From positions 42,211-106,210 of the forward strand of contig CAWGVQ010000015.1 of assembly GCA_963826075.1 (NCBI GenBank): DNA of 64,000 nt. Reading direction: 5' to 3'. The notes under the pieces are model-generated. The model searched no databases and was not told the DNA's origin. It worked only from the letters and a program-made list of their open reading frames with translations. How positions within the stretch are numbered: the first letter of the stretch is position 1; the number at the start of each line of letters is the position of its first letter. The position numbers and the translations under genes are program-made. The stretch comes from an uncultured Chloroflexia bacterium. GTDB taxonomy: Bacteria > Chloroflexota > Ktedonobacteria > Ktedonobacterales > JADMIN01. This document shows positions 30,479 to 40,686 of this stretch, one piece after another.

Positions 30479-32092
30479 TCAGGGCGTATGGGTGACGAGG
30501 CCAGCCAGGCTACTCGGTGGACTGGACGGGGGCTGCGCGATGCTCCACAGGGCCAGTGGATGGCCCTCCTCATCCCAGGAGACGGCGAGCGGGCCGCCTG
30601 ACGTGAGGGGCAGAGCACCGACCAGCACCCAGGTGGACGTGCCGGGTGCGAGTCGATACACCCCCGGCACGGCGGTAGCTTCTCCATTGGGACTGGTCAT
30701 TTCCGCATAGTAGGTGCCCCTCGGCGTGGAGACCAGCCCCGTGACGAGGAAGCCACCCGCGATGACCAGGTCACCTGGCGGCGCCGCTATCGGCGTCCAC
30801 GTGGCTCCCCCATCGGTGGAGGTGACATAGCGGCCCGTGTTGGGATTCTGACCCGACACGACCTCGCCCATCAGGGTGTGACCGTCGACGAAGCTGACCC
30901 CTTGGTCGACCAGCTGGACCTTCTTGCCCTGGTACTGTGGCTGAAAGACCGACCAGGTGGCGCCCTGGTCGGTGCTCACCTTGGTCAGGATCGTGCTGGG
31001 ACTCGAGGTTCCGGAAAAGTCCACAAAGACGCCCACCGTATTGGCAGAGAGGTCGTTGATCTGCTGGCCGCCCGCCGGTAGTCCCGCGAGCAACGCCGTC
31101 TGGTTCACCCATACGAAGGGGCCTTCGGCTACACTGACCGCCACGAGCGTTTGCGGCTCTGTTCCGGCAGGGCTCGGGCTCACGAATAACGTCGACCCCT
31201 GCCAGGCCCATTGAAACTCCTCCACATCGGGACCAGAAAAGGAGCCAGCGGGTGCTGCTGGCAACGCCACGAGGCGCCAGCTGTGACCGCCGTCACCGGA
31301 GCGAAAGAGCTGATCCGGGCAGGACGCGCCCCCAGGGATGAGACAGGGTGCCACCTCCAGGAGCAGGTCGTGCGCGTTGGTGGGGTCGACATCTATCACG
31401 CACGCGCCGGCGCGCACCGAGGTCGTCCACGAGTGCCAGGTGCGTCCAGAGTCCTGCGAGAGGGCGAGCGCCACCGGTGCCTGGCGATTCGGATCGGTGT
31501 TGCCGGGTGTGCCACACAGGTACGCTGTGCCCGGAGCGCTGGGCGCGAACACAATCCAATCGGCCCATGGCGGTCCAGCGTGGGTCCATCCCTGACCCGG
31601 CGGGATGGTCGGGTGCGTTGCGACCGGGTGCGAAGGCGAGCCGTGCAGCGCGAAGATCAGGGCGGCGAGAATGGCGACGAGCAGCACGGCGGCGATCGCA
31701 CCGAGGGCGGCGATCCCGGGCATGCGGGCGGTTTGAGGCCTGGTAGGAGCGCGTAACTGCTGGACTGTCGTGGTGCGGGTCTGTTGCTGGTCAGCCTTCA
31801 TGATATCCTCCAAAGTGAGGTTACGACGCGTCCCTGAGCGGTAGCTGGTATCCACGAGGGCGGCTTCCGACCTCTCATTGAAAGCCGGCCCGTAGTGCCG
31901 GAGCAGGGCGGCGTCCATGATGTCAAAGGTGGTGAGCTGATTCTGGCACCAAGCGCAGTCCGCCAGATGCGCCTCGACCTGCGCCTGCTCCGGCACGGTA
32001 AGCTCACCGGAGTGCAGCAGCGGCAGCAGTGGCGCAAAGACGGCGCAGAGCGGCTGTGGCGCGGGTCGGGGGGTAACGTGATTGTCGCTCAT
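30479..32092 (-). CDS. zf-HC2 anti-sigma factor with one TM helix and an extracellular Asp-box (BNR) repeat domain
   Basis: HLADCAWC (HxxxCxxC), a TM segment, and SQDSGRTW / SGDGGHSW / STDQGATW / STDGGATW repeats; ATGA overlap with the sigma gene. Confidence 0.87.
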   Translation of the reverse strand: MSDNHVTPRPAPQPLCAVFAPLLPLLHSGELTVPEQAQVEAHLADCAWCQNQLTTFDIMDAALLRHYGPAFNERSEAALVDTSYRSGTRRNLTLEDIMKADQQQTRTTTVQQLRAPTRPQTARMPGIAALGAIAAVLLVAILAALIFALHGSPSHPVATHPTIPPGQGWTHAGPPWADWIVFAPSAPGTAYLCGTPGNTDPNRQAPVALALSQDSGRTWHSWTTSVRAGACVIDVDPTNAHDLLLEVAPCLIPGGASCPDQLFRSGDGGHSWRLVALPAAPAGSFSGPDVEEFQWAWQGSTLFVSPSPAGTEPQTLVAVSVAEGPFVWVNQTALLAGLPAGGQQINDLSANTVGVFVDFSGTSSPSTILTKVSTDQGATWSVFQPQYQGKKVQLVDQGVSFVDGHTLMGEVVSGQNPNTGRYVTSTDGGATWTPIAAPPGDLVIAGGFLVTGLVSTPRGTYYAEMTSPNGEATAVPGVYRLAPGTSTWVLVGALPLTSGGPLAVSWDEEGHPLALWSIAQPPSSPPSSLAGLVTHTP

Positions 32093-32679
32093 AGCCGCAC
32101 CTCCGTTTCTCGGGCTTTGCTCTCCGATTTGCTCGCCGACAAGTAAGCGTCTCGCAGCCTGTGTTTCGCGCGCGCGAGCCGTTTTTTGGCGGCGAGCGGA
32201 GTGATGTCGAGAATTGCCGCAATCTCCATTGCCGTGAAGCCCTGAACCACATTGAGCAAAAGGCAAGCAGCATCCTGCGGCCCCAGCTCGGCGAGCGCGC
32301 GGCTTAGCAGCTCGCCTTCGGCGATGCGGTCTTCAAAGGGCACCGGCTCAGAGCATCGGTCGAGCTCAAGTGCTGGCGTAACCTCGAGCGAATCGAAATG
32401 CAGAACGTGGTTGTGGCGCCACACTGCCGCCGCCCGACGGTAGGCCACATGAAAGAGCCAGCGGCGAATGGCCAGTTCGTCGCCGTTTCCATCGAAGGGG
32501 GCCTTGGCAATCTGTGCCGTGCGCCAGGCATCGACGAAGACATCTTGCACGATGTCTGATGCCTGTTCGGTGCTATCCACCAATCCGCGTACAAAGCTGC
32601 GTAGCGGTCTCTGCGTCCGTTCGAGGATGGAGGCAAACACCGCCGTGATAGCTGGCGAGGCGGTGGAAGGCTCGCGCAT
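32089..32679 (-). CDS. ECF RNA polymerase sigma factor
   Basis: DIVQDVFVDAW, RRWLFHVAYR, EIAAILDI...KKRLARAK; paired with the anti-sigma. Confidence 0.9.
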   Translation of the reverse strand: MREPSTASPAITAVFASILERTQRPLRSFVRGLVDSTEQASDIVQDVFVDAWRTAQIAKAPFDGNGDELAIRRWLFHVAYRRAAAVWRHNHVLHFDSLEVTPALELDRCSEPVPFEDRIAEGELLSRALAELGPQDAACLLLNVVQGFTAMEIAAILDITPLAAKKRLARAKHRLRDAYLSASKSESKARETEVRL

Positions 32680-32920
32680 GTGCTCCCCTTTCGGCCCAGC
32701 AATGACGTCCTCACCGGGTCCTACTTTAGCTATTGCGCGAGACCGTCGGAAGGAGACACATTTGGAGGAGACTAGTCGTCCAAGGCCAGGCTCAGAAGCG
32801 GCGAGAGTTGACAGGGTGACACTGGATCTGGACGCAGTAGGTCGACTCATGTAGAGTGAAAGCAATCGGACGATCAAGCTAAACTCGGCCGAGCTTATTC
32901 TACACTGCTCACACAACCGG

Positions 32921-33015
32921 TGTGCTGGCTAGTTTCGCCATCTGATCACAAATTGACGGGTTCATCGTGCCCAACCTCCTCTTTTTATGAGTAGATTGAG
33001 TAAGTAGCCAGGACA
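32921..33015. repeat. 95-bp imperfect palindromic element, copy B
   Basis: TGTGCTGGCTAGTTTCGCCATCTGATCACAAATTGACGGG...GAGTAGATTGAGTAAGTAGCCAGGACA. Confidence 0.92.
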
Positions 33016-33061
33016 GCCCTGAAGAACGGGTATCGCCAATCCTACATGCTGAGCTTATAGT

Positions 33062-33077
33062 GAAAGTAGCCAGCACA
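33062..33077. repeat. Extra solo end motif 46 bp after copy B
   Basis: GAAAGTAGCCAGCACA, identical to the right end of copy D. Confidence 0.85.
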
Positions 33078-33277
33078 GGGAGGCGTGGGGTATACTTCGC
33101 CGGGAAAGATGAGCAGGGGCACGGCATATCTGCGGAGATACCACGACTCGTTGGACACGACCATGATTTATATCCAAGCAACGAGGAGCGATCTGCAAAA
33201 GGAAGTCGAGAAGATCGCCTGGGTGTGATTTGAAAGGGGAAGGACATAAGCAGAGAGGATAGAGACACACCACGTAC

Positions 33278-36200
33278 ATGAAAAGGGAGCCCCATTCATT
33301 GGCAACAGCATTCAATAAATCAGCCGTTTGCCCAACCTTCATCGGACGCACAACCGATCTGGCCATCCTCCATCAGCTCATTGAGCAGGCGAAAGGCGGG
33401 AGAGGACATGTAGCCCTGATCAGCGGAGAGGCAGGCATTGGCAAGTCGCGGCTGGTGGCCGAGGCGAAAACTTACGCCGCAACCCATCACTTCCTGCTTT
33501 TGCAGGGCAATTGCTTCCCGGCTGATCTCTCTTGCCCGTACGCTCCACTCCTCGATCTCTTACGCACATATGCAGCCAGCATACTCACGGCACCAATCAC
33601 CTCCGATGGAGCGCCTTTTCCTCGTGAACTGTCTCCACTACTCCCTGATCTTGTGCCTCTGCCACCTGATCAGCCTCTCGCGTCCTCGCCCGACCCCGAA
33701 CAGGAGAAACGCCGCCTCTTCGCTGCCCTGGCGCAGTTCTTCATCGGTCAGGCCGGGAAGCAGGCTGTGTTGCTCATCATTGAAGATGTTCATTGGAGCG
33801 ATGAGACCAGCCTGGAATTCCTTCATTATCTGGCTCGACATAGTACGACACAGCCGCTCCTTCTGCTGTTGACCTACCGCAGCGATGAAGTACGTCCGCG
33901 CCTGCGGCAGTTCCTGGCGCAACTGGATAGGGAACGACTGGCCCAGGAACTGATGCTCGCGTACCTTACACGCGACGATGTCGACGCGATGCTCCGTGCC
34001 ATTCTCTCCCTACCCCGCTCGGCGCCCTTGGAGTGGCCTGATCCCATCTATGAACTGACCGAGGGGAATCCTTTTTTCGTGGAAGAAGTGCTCAAATCGC
34101 TCCTGGCCGCAGGTGACATCTTTTACCTGAATGGTCGCTGGGATCGCAAACCACTCGCCGAGGTGCGCATTCCCCGCAGTGTGCAGGATGCTATCGAGCT
34201 GCGCACCGAGATTCTGAGTGAACAGGCTAGACTCGTTCTAACGCTCGCAGCGGTGGCCGGACGGCACTTCGATTTTGCCCTCCTGCAAGCTCTCACCCAA
34301 CAAGACGAACCGCAGCTCCTGCTGCTCATCAAGGAGTTGATCGCGGCCCAACTCCTCGTCGAGGAGTCGGCCGAGCAGTTTGCGTTCCGGCATGCCCTAA
34401 CGCAGCAAGCTGTCTATATACAACTGCTGGTCCGCGAACGCAAGGCGTTGCATCGCACGATTGCCGAGACCTTCGAGCGTCTCTATGCCTCGACGATCGA
34501 AGCACACCTGGCCGATCTCGCAGCCCATTTTTTTGAAGCAGGAGTGTGGGAGAAAGCGCTAGAGTATGGCCAACGCGCTGGCGAACAGGCGCAGGCACTC
34601 TATGCTCCCCAGGCTACCATCGAACACTTCACGCGGGCACTGGAGGCGGCCCGTCGGTTGTCGCTTACACCTCCCAATGGCCTGTATCGTGCGCGCGGGC
34701 TGGCCTACGAAACACTGGGAGACTTTGAGCGGGCGCGTGCTGATCATGAGGCCGCGCTGCAGGCGGCGCACCAGGCCGGGAATCGCCATGAGCAATGGCA
34801 ATCGCTCATCGACTTAGGCTTTCTGTGGACCGGGCGCGATTACGCCCAGAGCGGAGACTATTACCAGCAGGCCCTGGTCCTGGCACGCACCCTAGAGGAT
34901 CCGGCTACCATTGCCCGCAGCCTCAATCGCCTGGGCAACTGGCACCTGAATGCCGAACAGGTGCAGGAAGCGCTGCGCTGCCACCAGGAGGCACTGGCAA
35001 TGTTTGAAGTATTGCACGATCGCAGTGGCAAGGCTTCGACGCTAGATCTGCTGGGGATGGCGAGTTTACAAAGCGGCGACGCGCTGCAAGGCACAGCGTA
35101 TTATGAGCAAGCCATCGCGCTCTTCCGTGAGCTGGACGAGCGCGAACGCCTGCCAAGCAGTCTGACTAACCTGATGTGCTGTATGTGTAGCAGTGGCCAT
35201 TATCTGGCCGAGACAGTCGTCCCGACAGTGGTGAATTTTGCCGACTCGCTCAAGCACGGCGAGCTCGCGTTGAAGATTGCAGGCGAGATTGGCCAGCGCT
35301 CTGATGAAGCCTACGCCCTGATTCAGATGTCCTTCTGCCTGGGCTCACAGGGTCAGTACGCCCGTGCCCTGGTGGCGGCGCAGCGAGGCCTGGCCATCGC
35401 CGAAGAGATCGAGCATCGCCAGTGGACGACGGCCGGACACTGTGCGCTGGGAGCACTCGCACTGGATGTGCTCGCCCTGTCACAGGCACGCCTCCATCTA
35501 GCACAGGCGATGGCACTGGCGCAGCAAATCCGCTCCCAGTTCTGGGTTGGGGTTTCCGTTAGCCTGCTTGCCCGGGTGTATCTCCTCCAGCAAGATCCGG
35601 CTGGGGCCGAGTCGCTTCTTAGCTCGTGGCTGTCGCCTGATACCCCTTTCCACACGGATGGACAGCGCGCCATGTGGCAGAGCCGAGCAGAACTCCTCCT
35701 GGTGCAGGGAGATGCCACACAGGCATTGCCGATCATCGAGGGATTGATCTCCACAGCGGCGAATCTGACCCCTGAGCAATGCATCCCTCTCCTGTGGAAG
35801 CTCCGTGCTGAAGCGCTGATCCACCTGCAGCGCTATGATGCTGTGGAAGCGCTGCTTCAGCAGGCTGAGACGTCGGCGCAGAGACAAGGGTTACGTCCGC
35901 TGCTCTGGCGAGTCTGGCTGGTTCAGGCCAGACTCGCGCAGCGCTTGCGCAGGCATGAAGAGGCGGAGCAGGCCTTTGCTAGGGCCTCCCAACTGATCGA
36001 AGAGCTTGCCGCAGCTCTCCCGGAACGGCCCTGGCGGGCAACGTTCCTCCAGCAAGCTCACTCCCTGATTCCGCGGACCGGCCCCCTTTCGGCGCGCCGC
36101 CTCAACAAGGAAGCGTTTAGCGGCCTGACCGTGCGCGAACGCGAAGTGGCGGCACTCATCGCACAGGGGAAATCGAACCGCGAGATCGCCGATACCCTGG

Positions 36201-36325
36201 TTGTCGGAGTGCGCACGGTGGAGGCACATATCAGCAATATCTTCTCAAAGCTCGGATGTAGCTCACGCGCGCAAATCGCGTCCTGGGCCACCGAAAAGGG
36301 CCTGACCTCTCATCGCCATCCCTAA
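33278..36325 (+). CDS. Large ATP-binding LuxR-family (LAL-type) regulator: AAA ATPase + TPR + LuxR HTH
   Basis: GEAGIGKS, LLIIEDVHWSD, TEGNPFFVEE, FRHAL, LTVREREVAALIAQGKSNREIA...TVEAHISNI. Confidence 0.94.
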   Translation: MKREPHSLATAFNKSAVCPTFIGRTTDLAILHQLIEQAKGGRGHVALISGEAGIGKSRLVAEAKTYAATHHFLLLQGNCFPADLSCPYAPLLDLLRTYAASILTAPITSDGAPFPRELSPLLPDLVPLPPDQPLASSPDPEQEKRRLFAALAQFFIGQAGKQAVLLIIEDVHWSDETSLEFLHYLARHSTTQPLLLLLTYRSDEVRPRLRQFLAQLDRERLAQELMLAYLTRDDVDAMLRAILSLPRSAPLEWPDPIYELTEGNPFFVEEVLKSLLAAGDIFYLNGRWDRKPLAEVRIPRSVQDAIELRTEILSEQARLVLTLAAVAGRHFDFALLQALTQQDEPQLLLLIKELIAAQLLVEESAEQFAFRHALTQQAVYIQLLVRERKALHRTIAETFERLYASTIEAHLADLAAHFFEAGVWEKALEYGQRAGEQAQALYAPQATIEHFTRALEAARRLSLTPPNGLYRARGLAYETLGDFERARADHEAALQAAHQAGNRHEQWQSLIDLGFLWTGRDYAQSGDYYQQALVLARTLEDPATIARSLNRLGNWHLNAEQVQEALRCHQEALAMFEVLHDRSGKASTLDLLGMASLQSGDALQGTAYYEQAIALFRELDERERLPSSLTNLMCCMCSSGHYLAETVVPTVVNFADSLKHGELALKIAGEIGQRSDEAYALIQMSFCLGSQGQYARALVAAQRGLAIAEEIEHRQWTTAGHCALGALALDVLALSQARLHLAQAMALAQQIRSQFWVGVSVSLLARVYLLQQDPAGAESLLSSWLSPDTPFHTDGQRAMWQSRAELLLVQGDATQALPIIEGLISTAANLTPEQCIPLLWKLRAEALIHLQRYDAVEALLQQAETSAQRQGLRPLLWRVWLVQARLAQRLRRHEEAEQAFARASQLIEELAAALPERPWRATFLQQAHSLIPRTGPLSARRLNKEAFSGLTVREREVAALIAQGKSNREIADTLVVGVRTVEAHISNIFSKLGCSSRAQIASWATEKGLTSHRHP

Positions 36326-36389
36326 AGACACCATCCCAACATTCGGCATGGCGTCCTCATAAACAGCTCTCCTCGATGTTGTAGCTTTC

Positions 36390-36596
36390 CATCTCCGTAC
36401 CATTCCTCCTCCTCTTTCGGTTGATAATCGCCGCAAAATCTCCGTGGTTTCCGCGATGGAAAAATGTCTCTTTTCGGGCATTCTAGTCCCGTGAGAAGAA
36501 GCACAGCGATGTCGCACCCTGAGACTTCTCAACTTCCCACAGGGCACTTCATAGGCGTTTTCGAGTTTTCCTCTAGAGCAGGGAGACTCCGTAAAG
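36390..36596 (+). promoter_or_regulatory. Intergenic region with three CTCCGT direct motifs (possible LuxR-type sites)
   Basis: ATCTCCGTAC, ATCTCCGTGG and GACTCCGTAA between the regulator and the methyltransferase; function inferred. Confidence 0.35.
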
Positions 36597-36617
36597 GCAA
36601 CACAGGGAGAAGAAGAC

Positions 36618-37685
36618 ATGACAACGCAACTGAGTATCGACGAGGAGAAGCTCCAGGCCTTCCTGGGCAAGGTGGTGACAGACCTCGGCGGGGCGTCCAG
36701 TGTGCCCCTCATCTTGATGGGAGACCGGCTGGGGCTCTACCAGGCGATGGCGTCTGGCGGCCCGGTGACGTCACAGGAGCTGGCCGCCAGCACCGGCTTG
36801 CACGAGCGCTACGTGCGCGAGTGGCTGCTCAACCAGACGGCGAGCGGCTACATCGAGTACGACCCGACACGAGAGCGCTATACGCTGCCGCCAGAGCATG
36901 CGATAGCGCTGCTAGACACCAGCAGCATGGCCTATGTCGGTGGCCTCTTTTACAGTGTCGAGGCCGCCCTCAAAGCACAGGAACGCATCGCACAGGCTTT
37001 CCGCACCGGAGAGGGGCTGGCGTGGGGAGACCAGGCACCTGAGTTATTTCCCGCGACCGAGTGCATGTTCCGGCCCGGGTACGAAGCCAATCTCGTGCAG
37101 AGCTGGATTCCCGCTCTCGATGGGATGCACGAGCGCTTGCAGGCGGGAGCGACCGTGGCCGATGTGGGGTGTGGATATGGGGCCTCGACCATCGTCATGG
37201 CCCAGGCCTTCCCCAATTCCCGCTTCTTCGGCTTCGATCCCCATGCTCCATCCATCGAGGCGGCGAGGCGTTCTGCCGAGAAGGCAGGCGTCAGCGATCG
37301 TGTCACCTTCAAGGTGGCAAGTGCCCAGGATTTTCCCGGCACGGACTACACACTCGTCGCGTTCTTCGATTGCCTGCACGACATGGGTGATCCCCTCGGG
37401 GCGATCGCGCACACGGCCCAGGCGCTCTCCCCCGAGGGCAGCGTACTCCTGGTTGAGCCGATGGCGGGAGAAGCGATCGAAGACTGCGTGAACCCAGTGG
37501 CACGTCTCTTCACCGCGGGTTCGATCTTCCTCTGCACCCCCAACGCCATTGCGACCGGAGACATCGCGCTAGGCAACCAGGTGCCCGAACAGAAACTCCG
37601 CGAGATCGTGCGAGCTGGCGGTCTTTCACAGTTTCGCCGCGTGGCTGAGACCCCGTTCAATCGCATCTTTGAAGCACGCAAGTAA
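36618..37685 (+). CDS. Class I SAM-dependent methyltransferase with N-terminal wHTH (Rv2258c-like)
   Basis: GDRLGLY, ERYVREWL, VADVGCGYG, FDCLHDM, ETPFN. Confidence 0.92.
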   Translation: MTTQLSIDEEKLQAFLGKVVTDLGGASSVPLILMGDRLGLYQAMASGGPVTSQELAASTGLHERYVREWLLNQTASGYIEYDPTRERYTLPPEHAIALLDTSSMAYVGGLFYSVEAALKAQERIAQAFRTGEGLAWGDQAPELFPATECMFRPGYEANLVQSWIPALDGMHERLQAGATVADVGCGYGASTIVMAQAFPNSRFFGFDPHAPSIEAARRSAEKAGVSDRVTFKVASAQDFPGTDYTLVAFFDCLHDMGDPLGAIAHTAQALSPEGSVLLVEPMAGEAIEDCVNPVARLFTAGSIFLCTPNAIATGDIALGNQVPEQKLREIVRAGGLSQFRRVAETPFNRIFEARK

Positions 37686-37700
37686 CGCCTGTGCTGACAA

Positions 37701-37735
37701 GCCATGCAGGCGCGCTGGCAGCGCGCCTGCATGGC
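37701..37735 (+). terminator. Strong hairpin after the methyltransferase
   Basis: GCCATGCAGGCGCGCTG-G-CAGCGCGCCTGCATGGC, a 17-bp perfect IR; no U-tract. Confidence 0.55.
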
Positions 37736-37744
37736 AAGGAGAAC

Positions 37745-38611
37745 ATGCGATGCTTACTACCAAGAGCTAGCTCACCAATCGGGAACGAGAAGTCCTGCGA
37801 GTTTGCGGTGACCCGGACCGTGCGCGATGCCGCCGCCTTGTTGGATGCGGTCACCGGCCCGGGGATCGGCGACAAGTACGAGATCGCCTCTCCTGCCCGG
37901 CCCTACGCCGAGGAAGTCGGCACCCCACCCGGCCAATTGCGCATGGCTGTGACGAGCAGGGCATGGTCTGGCGTTCCAGTCAAGCAAGAGCATGTGCAGG
38001 CAGTCGAGCGCGTTGGCCGGGAGCTGCTTTCCCTCAGGCACCGGGTGGAAGAAGCCAGTCCACCGCTCAATTGGGAGGCATTCGTCACATCTCAGCTTCT
38101 CATCTGGACGGCTTCCCTCGCAGACATTGCCGGCCTCCTCAGCAAGAGGCTTGGTGCTGAGTTGGGGCCAGATGTGCTTGAGGCGGTCACGCTCAGCTGT
38201 GTCGAGCAGGGTCGCCGCACCACGGCGCTCGACCTCTTGGCAGCGCAACGCACCAGCAACTTCATCAACCGAGCAGTGGGAGCGTTCTTTCGCGACTATG
38301 ATGTGCTGGTCACCCCCACCGTGGCCACGCTGCCTCCGCCGCTTGGATACCTCAACCAGAACGACCCCACCCTTGATCCCCGTGGCTGGTTCGACAGGGT
38401 CTTTGCGGTGGTCCCGTTCACCCCCCTCTTCAACGCCACCGGGCAGCCTGCTATGAGCCTTCCGCTGGCACAATCCCGTGATGGTCTTCCCATCGGGATA
38501 CAGTGTGTCGCGCGCTACGGCGATGAGGCCACCTTGTTCCGTCTGGCCGCTCAGTTGGAGCAGGCGCTCCCCTGGGCAAGCCGCCGACCACAAGTGGTGG
38601 CTGCACGCTAA
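37745..38611 (+). pseudogene. Amidase C-terminal half fused to an unrelated start
   Basis: TRTVRDAAALLD, DVLVTPT, FTPLFNATGQPAMSLPL, GLPIGIQ, LAAQLEQALPW. Lacks the GGSSGG/catalytic Ser-Lys region. Confidence 0.8.
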
Positions 38612-38820
38612 CTCCCAGATGTGCACCTCTATAGGGCTGCTCGCTCCCGTCAATGGCGAGCAGTCCGACGGCATCTGCCTGCGTAAGACTGCCTGACCAT
38701 ACCCCACACCACTCGTCTCAGCAAACGTGCATCTGACCCATCATATCTTCGCCATTTTGACGCATCTCTCCGCGTAAAGAGGCGTTGAACAAAGACGTTG
38801 GGAGAGAAACTGGTGCGTCC

Positions 38821-38881
38821 AGTCGAGGCGCGCGTCCCCGCGCGGGAATCCGATATTGGGACCGGAGTAGTGGTGTGACAT
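38821..38881 (-). pseudogene. DUF4331-like protein, N-terminal stub
   Basis: AGAGGA RBS then MSHHYSGPNIGFPRGDARLD, followed by unrelated sequence. Confidence 0.55.
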
Positions 38882-38964
38882 CGTCAATCCTCTCTTATTG
38901 TTTTCCTTCAAGCCACAGTGTTGGCCGTGCGCGTTTAATCCTGACTCCGATCCCAGCCGGGCGT

Positions 38965-40107
38965 TTAACCGTATTTGAGCTCGGTGCTCTGCCCGACCTC
39001 GATAATGTAACCGTCTGGATCGCGGATGTAGCAGCGCGTCTCGCCGTACTTGGGGATCGGCGGCGTGATGAACTCGGCTCCTCGACTTTTCCATAGTTCA
39101 TAGCACCCTTGAATATCGGCAACGCGGATATTCATAAAGCCGTTGATCTTATCCGGGTCGGGGACAGTGAGCGTTACCGACGGCTTGTCGGGGGTTGGCC
39201 CGCCCCCGACGTTGACCAGGAGCCATGTATTCGCGATCTGAATGTACCCAGGCGCGCCCTTGCTGTCGCCTCTGCTCAGAGCGCGGCCGCCGAAGACCGT
39301 TTCATAGAAGCGAAGCGATCGGTCAATGTCGGTGACGGTGAGAAAATGTGCGACGCTGATTCCCTCCCGCGGGGGCATCTCATAGCTCTCGTGTCCGATT
39401 TGGACGCTGTCTATTGACGGCTCCGATTCGGATCCAGTCATGAGTTTCAGAAGCGCCTGAGCCGCTGAGGTCGACGACGCAGGATTCTGGCCAGTGATGA
39501 GACGGCCGTCAGTGATAGAAAAAGGCTGCCAGTTCGCCTTCTTCTCGAATATGGCGCCGAGCCGTAGCAGTTCGTCTTCGACCAGGAACGGCACAACCTT
39601 GGTGAGCTGCATCGCCTCTTCCTCGCCGTTCGTGAAACCGGCGACGTGTTTTCCTTTTACCAGCGGAGCGCCCTGGTAGGTAACATGGCGAAGCACCCCA
39701 GGCGAATGGCACACCAGTGCGATTGGCTTGCCGGAATTGTAGAAGGCCTCCAGAAGAGCGATCGACGTAGGGCTCTCCGCAAGATCCCACATCGGGCCGT
39801 GCCCACCGGGATAGAAAACGGTGTCGAAGTCTTCCGCCTTCACGTCCGCAAGTTTGACCGTGTTGGCGAGAGCTTTTTGTGCCGCTGCGTCCTTTTTGAA
39901 CCGCGCCATCGCCGGCGTTTGATTTTCAGGCAGATCGCTTTTCGGATCGAGTGGAGGCTGCCCGCCTTTCGGAGAGGCGAGCGTCAGCTCAACTCCAGCA
40001 TCCCTGAATACGAAATAGGGGGCCGCGAATTCCTCAAGCCAGAAACCAGTCGGGCGCCCCGTGTTTCCCAGTTGGTCGTGCGATGTCAGGACCATCAGTA
40101 TTTTCAC
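38965..40107 (-). CDS. DJ-1/PfpI (type 1 GATase-like) domain fused to a VOC domain
   Basis: TGFWLEEFAAPY, FYPGGHGP, VCHSP, ITGQNPAS, then HFLTVTDIDRSLRFY...RCYIRDPDGYIIEV in one frame. Confidence 0.9.
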   Translation of the reverse strand: MKILMVLTSHDQLGNTGRPTGFWLEEFAAPYFVFRDAGVELTLASPKGGQPPLDPKSDLPENQTPAMARFKKDAAAQKALANTVKLADVKAEDFDTVFYPGGHGPMWDLAESPTSIALLEAFYNSGKPIALVCHSPGVLRHVTYQGAPLVKGKHVAGFTNGEEEAMQLTKVVPFLVEDELLRLGAIFEKKANWQPFSITDGRLITGQNPASSTSAAQALLKLMTGSESEPSIDSVQIGHESYEMPPREGISVAHFLTVTDIDRSLRFYETVFGGRALSRGDSKGAPGYIQIANTWLLVNVGGGPTPDKPSVTLTVPDPDKINGFMNIRVADIQGCYELWKSRGAEFITPPIPKYGETRCYIRDPDGYIIEVGQSTELKYG

Positions 40108-40686
40108 GTTCCTTCTCCTTTGTAATACGGTCGACCGCGGGCACTCTCAGCGATTGCCCGTACCCGTAGCTGTTTATGCATGTCGCGTACCGCAGCGAAA
40201 GCAAAGAAACGAAAGACTGAAGTAGAGACCCGTAATATGCGAAAATAGCATCCGAAGCCTTGAATACTGGCCTCATAGATCACTGGTCTATAGCTTATCT
40301 GCCCAGAATCGACAAACGAGCAACTGGGAAATGGTCCGGTGCAGCGGAGGGATATCCTGGGAGGCCTCCTCCATACCTACTATCGCAACGCAGCGTAATG
40401 GCTTGTAGAGCCTGGTACGCTACTTTCGCACCTTACGCCCTAACCCCTAATTCTACTGGCGACCACAACCTCCTGTCATCGCCTGCCAACTTCGACATCT
40501 TACGAGCACGCGTCCTCTACGCCGGTCGCTAACCCATTGCCGGGTCGGCCGGGGGTACGTTGCTTTCACCGGCTCCTCGCAAGACCCAAGAAACCGGGGA
40601 TTACTCCAGTCAGGACATCGCCCTCGGTACCGGCACAGTGTCCTCTGGGGACGCGCCGCTTCCGATGTCGACGGTATCCTACTGGC

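Noticed and set aside
37690-37698. TGTGCTGAC resembling the element's left end
   Set aside because: Only 9 nt match and the TACTT core is missing.
38781-38824. GTGCGTCCAG near the DUF4331-like breakpoint as a group II intron 5' end
   Set aside because: No intron domains or reverse transcriptase follow. It may be a mobile-element end, but I cannot support that.
40419-40429. GCTACTTTCGC matching inside the element's left arm
   Set aside because: No TGT terminus or further similarity.
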